The notes under the pieces: generated by a model
Told to the model about the DNA's origin: nothing
The model's database searches: none
The model's input: only the letters and a program-made list of their open reading frames with translations
Made by a program: the position numbers and the translations under genes
Virus record (IMG/VR): IMGVR_UViG_3300033412_000476
Location: 1-64,000 of that record
Source: a virus
Taxonomy: Duplodnaviria > Caudoviricetes
Strand: one strand, 5' to 3'
Length of the DNA stretch: 64,000 bases
Shown here: piece after piece, positions 36,389 to 43,866 of the stretch
Numbering within the stretch: the first letter of the stretch is position 1
How the letters are laid out: each line of letters begins with the position of its first letter

Positions 36389-36775
36389 ATGGCAAAGTCT
36401 ACTGTGGACACAGTCCGCGGCGTCCCGTTCGCGGACATGGGCGAAGAAGAGCTTGCGGCGTACGCACACGGCGCTGCGCAGTCGAGCGATGAAGGCTATA
36501 ACCAAGCCGTCGCACGCGCGGCACGCAAGGAAATCGCCAAGCGCGCCAAGCGCGCCAACGATCTGACCGAGTACGCGGTCGACGGCTTCAACGGTGCTGA
36601 GTGCAGATTGCTCTACTCGTCGGCGGCATGGTTTGCGTTCCAGCTCGGGGTTTACCTCAAAGCGACCGGGCGCTCGACCCCGCGCGACGTTCGCATGGGT
36701 CGTGGGTACTCGGTGCGCTGCGCCGACATGCTCTTCAAGCACGTGGACGGCGCGACGTTCGAACGCGTGCAGTGA
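36389..36775 (+). CDS. hypothetical protein
   Basis: Stop TGA is the next -35 box. Confidence 0.6.
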   Translation: MAKSTVDTVRGVPFADMGEEELAAYAHGAAQSSDEGYNQAVARAARKEIAKRAKRANDLTEYAVDGFNGAECRLLYSSAAWFAFQLGVYLKATGRSTPRDVRMGRGYSVRCADMLFKHVDGATFERVQ

Positions 36776-36828
36776 ATACCGGCGGCTGAAGTTTCGTCTA
36801 ACCACAAACCGCGCGGCGGAACCCGCGC
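36773..36828 (+). promoter_or_regulatory. Promoter plus leader hairpin cassette
   Basis: TGAATA-N16-CGTCTAA; GCGCGG-CGGAAC-CCGCGC; AGGAGAGG. Confidence 0.87.
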
Positions 36829-36844
36829 ATCGTTAGGAGAGGTC

Positions 36845-37222
36845 ATGGAGCAACTCAGCTTGGGGATGCTGACGTGCGACGCGCACGAGGCATCGGCACC
36901 TTACGAGTCGGATCGTTGGGCGAGCACCGATCGCGGCTGGCTGTACGACCCTGCGCACCCTAATGCGGACTACCACGGCGGCAACCTGCCGATCGGCAAC
37001 TATCTCGATTACGGGCCGTGCGGAGAGCACTACCGCAACAACCCCGACGGCGCCGTGCACGTGTGCTTCACGCCGTGGTGGATCGACCCCGTGACGCGGT
37101 CGATCTGCCGCGGAGTGACAGAGAGCACGCACGTGCACACCCCTGCAGAGGCGCAAGCCTGGCTCGCCGAGCAGTACCGCCTGTGGACGGCGCGGCGTGC
37201 CGCAGACAAGGTGACGCCGTGA
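36845..37222 (+). CDS. hypothetical protein
   Basis: Strong RBS; coupled to the RadC-like gene. Confidence 0.6.
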   Translation: MEQLSLGMLTCDAHEASAPYESDRWASTDRGWLYDPAHPNADYHGGNLPIGNYLDYGPCGEHYRNNPDGAVHVCFTPWWIDPVTRSICRGVTESTHVHTPAEAQAWLAEQYRLWTARRAADKVTP

Positions 37223-37689
37223 AAAACTACTTGGACAAACTGATTGTACGGCGCGAGCGGAGCCTCGTGTGCGAGTCGGACGGGCCGCTCGGCCGCAAGA
37301 TCACGCACAGCGGCGACATCGCGAAGATCGCGATCCCGCTGATTGGGCCTGAGGCTGTCGAAGTGTTCGTGATCTTCGCGCTGACCGCGCGACACAAGGT
37401 CACGGGCTACCACGAAGTGGCGCGTGGCTCGCTAAGCAGCTGCGCAGTCAGCCCCGGGGACGTCGCGCGCGTCGCGTTGATCGCGGGCACGCCGGCCTTC
37501 ATCGTGGCCCACAACCACCCTAGCGGCGAGCCTGAGCCCAGCCCCGAGGACATCGCGCTCACGCGGAAGATCAAGCAGGCTTTCGACCTGCTCGGACTGA
37601 CCCTGCTCGATCACGTGATCGTCACGAGCGAGCACCACAAGAGCTTGCTCGATATGGGCCTGCTCGACGTTTCCGTGAAACCGGCGTGA
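37219..37689 (+). CDS. RadC-like JAB domain protein
   Basis: EVFVIF...EVARGSL...HNHPSGEPEPSPED...LLDHVIV; stop TGA is a -35 box. Confidence 0.88.
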   Translation: MKNYLDKLIVRRERSLVCESDGPLGRKITHSGDIAKIAIPLIGPEAVEVFVIFALTARHKVTGYHEVARGSLSSCAVSPGDVARVALIAGTPAFIVAHNHPSGEPEPSPEDIALTRKIKQAFDLLGLTLLDHVIVTSEHHKSLLDMGLLDVSVKPA

Positions 37690-37749
37690 ATACCGGCAGC
37701 TGAAGTTTCGTCTAAGAGGCACAAGCAAGCGGCGCGGCTGGACCCGCGC
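37687..37749 (+). promoter_or_regulatory. Promoter plus leader hairpin cassette
   Basis: TGAATA-N16-CGTCTAA; GCGCGG-CTGGAC-CCGCGC. Confidence 0.85.
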
Positions 37750-37766
37750 AAGGATGGGAGAGCAAC

Positions 37767-38339
37767 ATGGCAACGGACATCATGGCTTGGTGGAAGCTGC
37801 ACTTGCCGCCGCACCTGCGCGAGACGGCGCCCGAGCGGCCCGAGGGAACCGACCTCGCGATCTGGCGCGAGGAGATCGACGGCAATCCGTTCGCGTACGG
37901 CTTCCAAGGCAAAGCGCGTCAGCCCGTGTGGGCCTATCGCTTCAAGGACGCCGCGCACCGTGAGCGGTTCATCGGTGAGAAGATCGCCGCACGTAGGGCG
38001 CACTTCGGTCGCAAGGCTGAGCGCGCAGCGGAACGCAAGCAGGCGACGCACAGCCTCACGGTGGGTGACATCTTGTCCTCGAGCTGGGGCTACGACCAGA
38101 CCAACGTCGATTTCTACGAGGTGGTCGCCGTCCCTAGCTCCAAGTCGGTAATCATCCGGAAGATCGCCAGTCAGGCGGCCGCTCGCGACCGCGTCGCGCC
38201 GCAGCCCGGGGTGTTCATCGAGGGCCCCATGCTCAAGCGCGTGACCGCCCACGGCTCCGTGAAGATCGAGGATTACGCCTGGGCCAGCAAGTGGTCCGGA
38301 GCTCCGATGTACCAGACCGACATCCACGAGGGTCACTGA
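37767..38339 (+). CDS. conserved phage hypothetical protein
   Basis: VGDIL.SSWGYDQTNVDFYEVV pattern. Confidence 0.68.
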   Translation: MATDIMAWWKLHLPPHLRETAPERPEGTDLAIWREEIDGNPFAYGFQGKARQPVWAYRFKDAAHRERFIGEKIAARRAHFGRKAERAAERKQATHSLTVGDILSSSWGYDQTNVDFYEVVAVPSSKSVIIRKIASQAAARDRVAPQPGVFIEGPMLKRVTAHGSVKIEDYAWASKWSGAPMYQTDIHEGH

Positions 38340-38354
38340 GCTTTGCGCCTGCGT

Positions 38355-38407
38355 TGAATACCTGAAAACTGTTTTCGTCTAAGCTGACGGCTCGGCTGGA
38401 ACCCGAG
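38355..38407 (+). promoter_or_regulatory. Promoter plus leader hairpin cassette
   Basis: TGAATA-N15-CGTCTAA (spacer GAAAACTGTTTTC); CTCGG-CTGGAAC-CCGAG. Confidence 0.85.
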
Positions 38408-38424
38408 CAGAAGGGAGAATCAAC

Positions 38425-38787
38425 GTGCAACTCGACATCGAATACGTGCTCGCGGGCGAGCCGGAAGACTGCGACCCAGCAGATCACTTCGACGACAGCG
38501 ACGAAGGCGACGCCGACGTCACATGGGTTCATGAGCAACTCAGCGCCGGCAACCAGTGGGCCTGGTTTCGCGCGGTCGTCACCGCCCGCGTTACACTCGA
38601 CGGCCAAACGTTCGAAGGCGTCGACTCGCTCGGGTGCTGCTCGTACAAGTCGGAGGACGACTTTCGACAGTGCCAGTACTTCGACGACATGAAGACTGAG
38701 GCGCGCTACGCCTTGCTCGCGTCACTGCACACCGCCGTCCGTAGGGGCGAGCTTGCCGCGGTCGCGCTGACCCAGGTGACGCCATGA
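38425..38787 (+). CDS. conserved phage hypothetical protein (acidic)
   Basis: G..WAWF...V......G.DSLG.CSY pattern; GGGAG plus CAAC-GTG. Confidence 0.65.
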   Translation: MQLDIEYVLAGEPEDCDPADHFDDSDEGDADVTWVHEQLSAGNQWAWFRAVVTARVTLDGQTFEGVDSLGCCSYKSEDDFRQCQYFDDMKTEARYALLASLHTAVRRGELAAVALTQVTP

Positions 38788-39032
38788 TCTACGGACGATT
38801 TGGCGACGCAGTCACGATCGTGCGCATGGGCACGCTCGACGACGTCAAGACGATCGACGGCCGCAAGCCCGACAAGCAGGACCGCGAGGCTGTCGAGATC
38901 GGTAGCTACGTCGTAGTCCGCCAGGACAACGGCAAAGAGCGGCTCTACCACCTTGCGTTCCTGCGCGCCGACGGCGGCAGCAAAGAGATCAACGAGGCAA
39001 TCGCCGCCTGCGACCCCTGGAGCCAGCCATGA
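38784..39032 (+). CDS. small hypothetical protein
   Basis: Coupled. Confidence 0.58.
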   Translation: MIYGRFGDAVTIVRMGTLDDVKTIDGRKPDKQDREAVEIGSYVVVRQDNGKERLYHLAFLRADGGSKEINEAIAACDPWSQP

Positions 39033-39244
39033 AGGGTCTACGCCGGCTGAAGCAGCCGCAGATCGAGTACATCGGCCGCGGGCCTCGTGTGGTCGCGCTG
39101 AGCGCAGCGAGCGCGCTCTACTTCTTCGGCTTCGACAGCGAAAACTATGAAGCTGTCGACGTCGGTCCGCCGGCTGATCCGCACCGCTGGAAGCCGGAAG
39201 CTCGCGTGTACGAGTGCCGCAAGAAGCAATCGAAGATGAACTGA
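39029..39244 (+). CDS. small hypothetical protein
   Basis: Coupled. Confidence 0.5.
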   Translation: MKGLRRLKQPQIEYIGRGPRVVALSAASALYFFGFDSENYEAVDVGPPADPHRWKPEARVYECRKKQSKMN

Positions 39245-39246
39245 GC

Positions 39247-39265
39247 CTCGAGCTGGAACCTCGAG
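39247..39265 (+). promoter_or_regulatory. Leader hairpin without recognisable promoter
   Basis: CTCGAG-CTGGAAC-CTCGAG, then GGGAG plus AAC-GTG. Confidence 0.75.
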
Positions 39266-39286
39266 CATCAACAGGGAGAAACGAAC

Positions 39287-39556
39287 GTGAGTATGAACAG
39301 ACCCAGCGTCACCGTACGTAACAACAACGTCCCCGGTGCGGCGGCTGACGGTGAGACGATCGTCGAGTTTAGCTTTCAGGACAGCACTGGCGGGCTGATC
39401 TCGTTCAGCATCGACGCGGAAGGCAACCCGCGCGTGGAGCTCTACCGCTGCGACGAAGGCATCCGCGTAGGACTCGACAATCTGACTGACCACAAAGGCG
39501 GCAAGCTGATCGCCGCGAGCGACATGTCGCTAGCCCGGATCGGAATCACCAAGTGA
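39287..39556 (+). CDS. small hypothetical protein
   Basis: RBS; coupled downstream. Confidence 0.58.
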   Translation: MSMNRPSVTVRNNNVPGAAADGETIVEFSFQDSTGGLISFSIDAEGNPRVELYRCDEGIRVGLDNLTDHKGGKLIAASDMSLARIGITK

Positions 39557-39828
39557 GCACCCACGATCCCGAGCTGCTGTTCATCGCGCACTACCCGCCG
39601 GGCCCGGTGCGCACGTTCGCCGCGCGGCTGCTCAACGAGGTGGGCTGCGCGGTGCAGACCGAAGACTACATCGCAGGCGTCGCCGAGTGCTGCGGCTGCA
39701 GCACCGCCGACCGCGAGCGCGTGATCACGCGCGCCATCGATTGCGGCTTTCTGCGCGCTGACGCGCTGCAGTGGGCGCCCCGAGGCAAACCCCGCTACAT
39801 CCCTTGCCTGTTCGCGGTGCAGCCATGA
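39553..39828 (+). CDS. small hypothetical protein
   Basis: Coupled. Confidence 0.5.
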   Translation: MSTHDPELLFIAHYPPGPVRTFAARLLNEVGCAVQTEDYIAGVAECCGCSTADRERVITRAIDCGFLRADALQWAPRGKPRYIPCLFAVQP

Positions 39829-40166
39829 GTTTCACCATGAAGGCGATCGCCATCGAGATGCGCAAGCGCGTCGCCACGCGGCGCAAGCCTACACTGGACG
39901 CGCTACGCGCGATGTCGCTACAGCAGATCGATCAGCTTCTCACGGAGTGCGCGGTCAAGGTTGTTCGCCTGCATACGTCGAAGTCGACGCCGCTGCGTTC
40001 GTACGCCTGCAAGCTCCGGCGGTTCGACGGCTCAACAGTCGAGCGCTTCGCAACGACAGCCGGACAGGCACTTCTCGACGCGCTCGACAGCGCAACAGAC
40101 GCCGGCTGGTTCGGCGATCACTACGAGCAACGAAACCAACTACAGGAGACAGCGCAAGATGAGTGA
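39825..40166 (+). CDS. hypothetical protein
   Basis: Coupled. Confidence 0.5.
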   Translation: MSFTMKAIAIEMRKRVATRRKPTLDALRAMSLQQIDQLLTECAVKVVRLHTSKSTPLRSYACKLRRFDGSTVERFATTAGQALLDALDSATDAGWFGDHYEQRNQLQETAQDE

Positions 40167-40374
40167 GAGAACCGACAGAGCCCGCGTGGTTGCGGGCGCA
40201 ATCAAAGCCAAGGTCGCTGCCTACGAGAACGGCGAGTGCGACAACGGCGCGCTCGACGTTGCCACCAACGCGATCGCCATGCTCGGCCAGCTGGCCGACG
40301 CGGTGCTCACGCTCGCCGAAGAGCACGATCATCTCGAGCGCACGCTCGCCTCACGCACGGATCACCTCGCGTGA
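40159..40374 (+). CDS. small helical hypothetical protein
   Basis: AGGAG RBS. Confidence 0.5.
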   Translation: MSERTDRARVVAGAIKAKVAAYENGECDNGALDVATNAIAMLGQLADAVLTLAEEHDHLERTLASRTDHLA

Positions 40375-40571
40375 CCAAACCCCTGAACGAGATACTTCAA
40401 ACGAAGATCCTCGAGCAACGCTCCGGCGCGCTGCTGCGCGCGTACGAGCTGATGCAGGAGACTGCGAAGCAGATGCCTCCGGCTGCGCGCAAGCTGGCCG
40501 ATCGCGCGCTCCTCGAGCTCGAGGCGTTCGGCCAGAGTCTCGAGCGTGAGTACCGCTCAAGGGGACTGTAG
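40371..40571 (+). CDS. small helical hypothetical protein
   Basis: GTG coupled to upstream stop. Confidence 0.5.
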   Translation: MTKPLNEILQTKILEQRSGALLRAYELMQETAKQMPPAARKLADRALLELEAFGQSLEREYRSRGL

Positions 40572-40573
40572 CG

Positions 40574-40822
40574 ATGACGCTCGAGGAGATCATCGCAGCG
40601 ATCGGCCGGCACATGTTCTCGCGAACGCAGCTGAACCGCGAAGTCTCCGCACGCGTGCACCTACACAACGACGTGCTCATCGGCAGTCTGTACCGCGACG
40701 TGCTCACTGACGAGATCACGCTGCTAGTTCAACTCGGCCAAGCTTGGTGCTACGGCTGGCAGCCCGAGGAAGCCCGCGCAACGTACTACCTGTCGCGGTT
40801 CACCAGGAGCCTGCGGCCATGA
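40574..40822 (+). CDS. small hypothetical protein
   Basis: In operon. Confidence 0.5.
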   Translation: MTLEEIIAAIGRHMFSRTQLNREVSARVHLHNDVLIGSLYRDVLTDEITLLVQLGQAWCYGWQPEEARATYYLSRFTRSLRP

Positions 40823-41211
40823 AGAACAGAAACCGTTTCAGGACCATCCACCGGAAAGCAACGATGCCCGCGCCCAAGAACGTGATCTTCGCCCCAACGA
40901 GCGTGCACATCTATCCGGACAGTCAACGGGGGCAGGTTGCCTTCGAGCTGCGCAACAAGGCTAATAAGCCGCTGATGACGCTGCTACTCGAACCTGAGGG
41001 CGCCGCGAATCTGTTTGCGAAGCTCGGAGAGGCCCTCGTCGCGATCACCGGTACCGCGGACCACTGGCGTCGCGGCGCTGTCGAGCCGCAGAAGACGCAA
41101 GCGCGCTGCACATGCCCTTGCCCTGACGATCCCGACAAGCCGTCGACCGATCCGACCGCGCACTACATCGGTTGTCCGTTTCGCGCAGAGCTCGAGGCGC
41201 AGACCGAGTGA
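40819..41211 (+). CDS. hypothetical protein, C-terminal CxC...H..CP
   Basis: AGGAG RBS; coupled. Confidence 0.55.
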   Translation: MKNRNRFRTIHRKATMPAPKNVIFAPTSVHIYPDSQRGQVAFELRNKANKPLMTLLLEPEGAANLFAKLGEALVAITGTADHWRRGAVEPQKTQARCTCPCPDDPDKPSTDPTAHYIGCPFRAELEAQTE

Positions 41212-41522
41212 AGATCAGAGTCAAGACGCCGCGACGGCTGCCGCCCAAGGCAGAAGCGATCGATTACCCAGAGATCATTTCGCAGATCAATCGGGAGCTG
41301 GAGCACCACGGCCTGAGCGCGCTCGACTTGCTCAGCAGCTTCGCGCTGCATCTGTTGGGCGTCGCGCTGGACGTCACCCCGCAGCACCCCGTCAGCCAAC
41401 AAAAGGTCTATAGAGACCTGCACTTAGAGATCAGCCGCATGGTCGGAGAGGCGCTCGACCGCAAGCAGCGTCTACTCGGATCTCCGCTGGGCAACCAGTC
41501 GCTACCGAAGGAGCGAGACTAG
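41208..41522 (+). CDS. hypothetical protein
   Basis: GTG coupled. Confidence 0.5.
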   Translation: MKIRVKTPRRLPPKAEAIDYPEIISQINRELEHHGLSALDLLSSFALHLLGVALDVTPQHPVSQQKVYRDLHLEISRMVGEALDRKQRLLGSPLGNQSLPKERD

Positions 41523-41550
41523 GAGCACGCGCGCGAAAATAGATTTCGGC

Positions 41551-41604
41551 TGAATCTTGTCGTAACGTCGGCGTCGCAGTTCAACCCTCGGCTGGAACCC
41601 GAGG
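41551..41604 (+). promoter_or_regulatory. Degenerate promoter plus leader hairpin cassette
   Basis: TGAATC-N15-CGTCGCA; CCTCGG-CTGGAAC-CCGAGG; AAGGAG. Confidence 0.7.
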
Positions 41605-41625
41605 CGCACCAAGGAGAAAAACAAC

Positions 41626-42417
41626 GTGGCAGATTTCATTTCAACAGGGGTCTTGTCCCTCGATTGCGCGCTCGGTGGCGGCTACCCGAAGAACGGCATC
41701 GCCGAGATCTACGGCGAGATGGGCGCGGGGCGGCTGACGCTCGCGCTGCATGCGATCGCAGAGTGCCAGCTGCAGCCCGACGGCGTCACGTTCATGTTCG
41801 CGCACGGCGATCAGATCGCGCCCTTCGACGCAGTCTACGGCATGCGGCTAGGCGTCGACCCTCAGCGGTTTCTGCACTTCGAGCAGCGCAAGCTCGAGTT
41901 GCTTTTTCGCTGCCTGCGCAGCGCCGTCACCGGCAGTCATCCGCCCGACCTCGTGATCGTCGACCTCCGCCGCGGCATCGCGCGACTGTCGGCCGAAGAA
42001 GGCAGTGAGCTGGTCGCCCGGCTCTCGCTCTTTCTGCGCGAGCACTGCTCTCACAAGCAGCGCACGAGCTTGCTCTTTCTCAGCGACGGCAAGCTGCAGC
42101 CGCTGCAGTTTCACGCGCAGCAGCGCATCCTGCTGCAGTTCGACCGCGTCGCGCCCAACGACGACACGCTCGTGCACGCGAACATCGTCAAAAACCGGCT
42201 CGGCGAGCCGTACAAGCAGCTGAGCCTGCAGCTGACGCCCGGCGACGGCGTCGATCTGATCGCGGACATCGTGCGGACGGCCGCCTACGCCGGTGTGCTG
42301 CCACACCAGAACGTCGAGGCGCTGTGCGTAGAGCTCCGCCGCGACAACCACGCCCGCGAGGCGCTCTGCCGTACCGTGCGCAGCAAGATGCTCTTTGGCG
42401 CGAGCGTTGCGCAGTGA
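41626..42417 (+). CDS. Degenerate (probably ATPase-dead) RecA-like protein
   Basis: ISTGVLSLDCALGGGYPKNGIAEIYG is RecA-like, but Walker A reads GEMGAGRL; IVKNR.G.P and GDG.D at the C-terminus. Confidence 0.75.
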   Translation: MADFISTGVLSLDCALGGGYPKNGIAEIYGEMGAGRLTLALHAIAECQLQPDGVTFMFAHGDQIAPFDAVYGMRLGVDPQRFLHFEQRKLELLFRCLRSAVTGSHPPDLVIVDLRRGIARLSAEEGSELVARLSLFLREHCSHKQRTSLLFLSDGKLQPLQFHAQQRILLQFDRVAPNDDTLVHANIVKNRLGEPYKQLSLQLTPGDGVDLIADIVRTAAYAGVLPHQNVEALCVELRRDNHAREALCRTVRSKMLFGASVAQ

Positions 42418-42701
42418 CAGTAACCCGCTACGCGCTCGTGCACCCAGAGATGGGGATCTACCTCGGCAGCGCGATGGGCCTTGGGTTCTGGTCCAAACTA
42501 GATCCTGTCGGCCAGCCTGCGGCGGTGACGTTCGACTCGGAGCAGCAAGCGCACGACGTCGTAAAGACCTGGGACGCGCCCGTCACGGGCTACACGCTGC
42601 ACGCCGTCGAAATCGCGTACGGCGTGTACGCCACCGTCGATGAGTGCGTTCGCGCCGGCCTACCGAAGTGGAACCCGTGGGATCAACGGAGCACACGATG
42701 A
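42414..42701 (+). CDS. conserved phage hypothetical protein
   Basis: GIYLGS.MGLGFWS.LDP.GQ..A.TF pattern; coupled. Confidence 0.62.
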   Translation: MTVTRYALVHPEMGIYLGSAMGLGFWSKLDPVGQPAAVTFDSEQQAHDVVKTWDAPVTGYTLHAVEIAYGVYATVDECVRAGLPKWNPWDQRSTR

Positions 42702-43348
42702 ACGACTTCGACGACGTCCTAGAGCGCGACAAGCAGAAGCCGCCCGACTACCCGCTGTGCTGGCCCAACGGCTGGCCGCGCGTGCCTGCGAGCGAACGCA
42801 AGCGCGCACGCTACGAAGTCACACGCGCGGCCGCGCTCGAGGACTTGTTCGAGTCATTGCGACTGATGCAGTGCATCGACGTCGTCGTCTCGCTCAACGT
42901 GAAGTTCAAAGCCGGCGTGTCACTCAGCAACGCGCCCGAGCCCGCTGACCCGGGCGTCGCGGTCTACTGGACGCGCAAGGGCAAGTCGGGCTGCATGGCT
43001 TGCGACAAGTACCTGACGCTGCGCGACAACATCCGCGCGATCGGCTCGGCGCTCGAGGGCATTCGCCAGGTCGAACGCAGCGGCGCGAGCGAAGTCCTCG
43101 AGAAGGTCTTCACGGGCCTCAAAGCGCTGCCCGCGCACATCACGCCGGCACGCGGCTGGCGCGAAGTACTGGGCTTCTCGCAGCTACACCCCGGTGAGCT
43201 GCCGACTCGCAAGCAGGTCGATGACGCCTACAGAACCCTCAGCCGCAGCCGACACCCCGACCACGGCGGCAGCCAAGAGCAGTTCGTCGAGCTTACGACC
43301 GCGCGCGAAGACGCGCTACGTGAGATCGACTGGAAGGCGCGGCTATGA
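42698..43348 (+). CDS. Phage J-domain (DnaJ-like) protein
   Basis: N-terminal YPL.WP.GWPR domain; C-terminal WREVLG...AYR.L.R.RHPDHGGS. Confidence 0.82.
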   Translation: MNDFDDVLERDKQKPPDYPLCWPNGWPRVPASERKRARYEVTRAAALEDLFESLRLMQCIDVVVSLNVKFKAGVSLSNAPEPADPGVAVYWTRKGKSGCMACDKYLTLRDNIRAIGSALEGIRQVERSGASEVLEKVFTGLKALPAHITPARGWREVLGFSQLHPGELPTRKQVDDAYRTLSRSRHPDHGGSQEQFVELTTAREDALREIDWKARL

Positions 43349-43566
43349 GCAGCAAGGATGATCGCAAACTAGCCGCGGCGAAAGAAAAGCTGCGGCGGAC
43401 GGTTACGCCGACGACGCTCGAAGAGCGTGCCCTCGTCCTATACGCTGAGACGCGCGAATCGTGGTGGGTCGACTCGCTGCAGCTGCTGCAGGCGCGCTGC
43501 CTCGCGATGTCGATGATCGCGCAAGCGCAGATCTTGCGAAAGCTCGGCGCGGATGATGACCTCTGA
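43345..43566 (+). CDS. small hypothetical protein
   Basis: Coupled. Confidence 0.5.
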   Translation: MSSKDDRKLAAAKEKLRRTVTPTTLEERALVLYAETRESWWVDSLQLLQARCLAMSMIAQAQILRKLGADDDL

Positions 43567-43866
43567 ATGAGGAGAACGCACGTGGATCCAACCGAGACCT
43601 TCCTGAAACTGGTCAACACCCTCGCTGAGCTCGAAGCCGAGCACGAAGAAGATCCGAAGAACCCAAACACCGCGCGGCTGCGGAAAGAGGCTGTAGAGCT
43701 ACTCGACTCGCTGTCGGAGTGGCTCGGGCGTCTCGGCGGCTTCCCGCCCAAGCTCTCCGAGCTCGACCTCGGCGAAGGCGAAGACGAAAATGAAGATGGC
43801 GACGACGTCATCGATGCCGACTTCGGGGAAGAAGACGACGATCTTGGCGTCGACGACGGCGACTGA
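43567..43866 (+). CDS. hypothetical protein with very acidic C-terminus
   Basis: ELDLGEGEDENEDGDD...; possible DNA mimic. Confidence 0.55.
   Translation: MRRTHVDPTETFLKLVNTLAELEAEHEEDPKNPNTARLRKEAVELLDSLSEWLGRLGGFPPKLSELDLGEGEDENEDGDDVIDADFGEEDDDLGVDDGD

Noticed and set aside
36796-36838. Integron attC interpretation (GTCTAAC fits RYYYAAC, with GTTAGG downstream, and stops overlap the motif)
   Set aside because: Only this copy has both ends; most read CGTCTAAG/T and lack GTTRRRY; it is shorter than typical attC sites; the recombinase is too short to carry the IntI insertion
30451-38407. Repeated motif as a CRISPR array
   Set aside because: Copies are separated by whole genes of variable length and diverge in orientation from a centre; they behave as promoters
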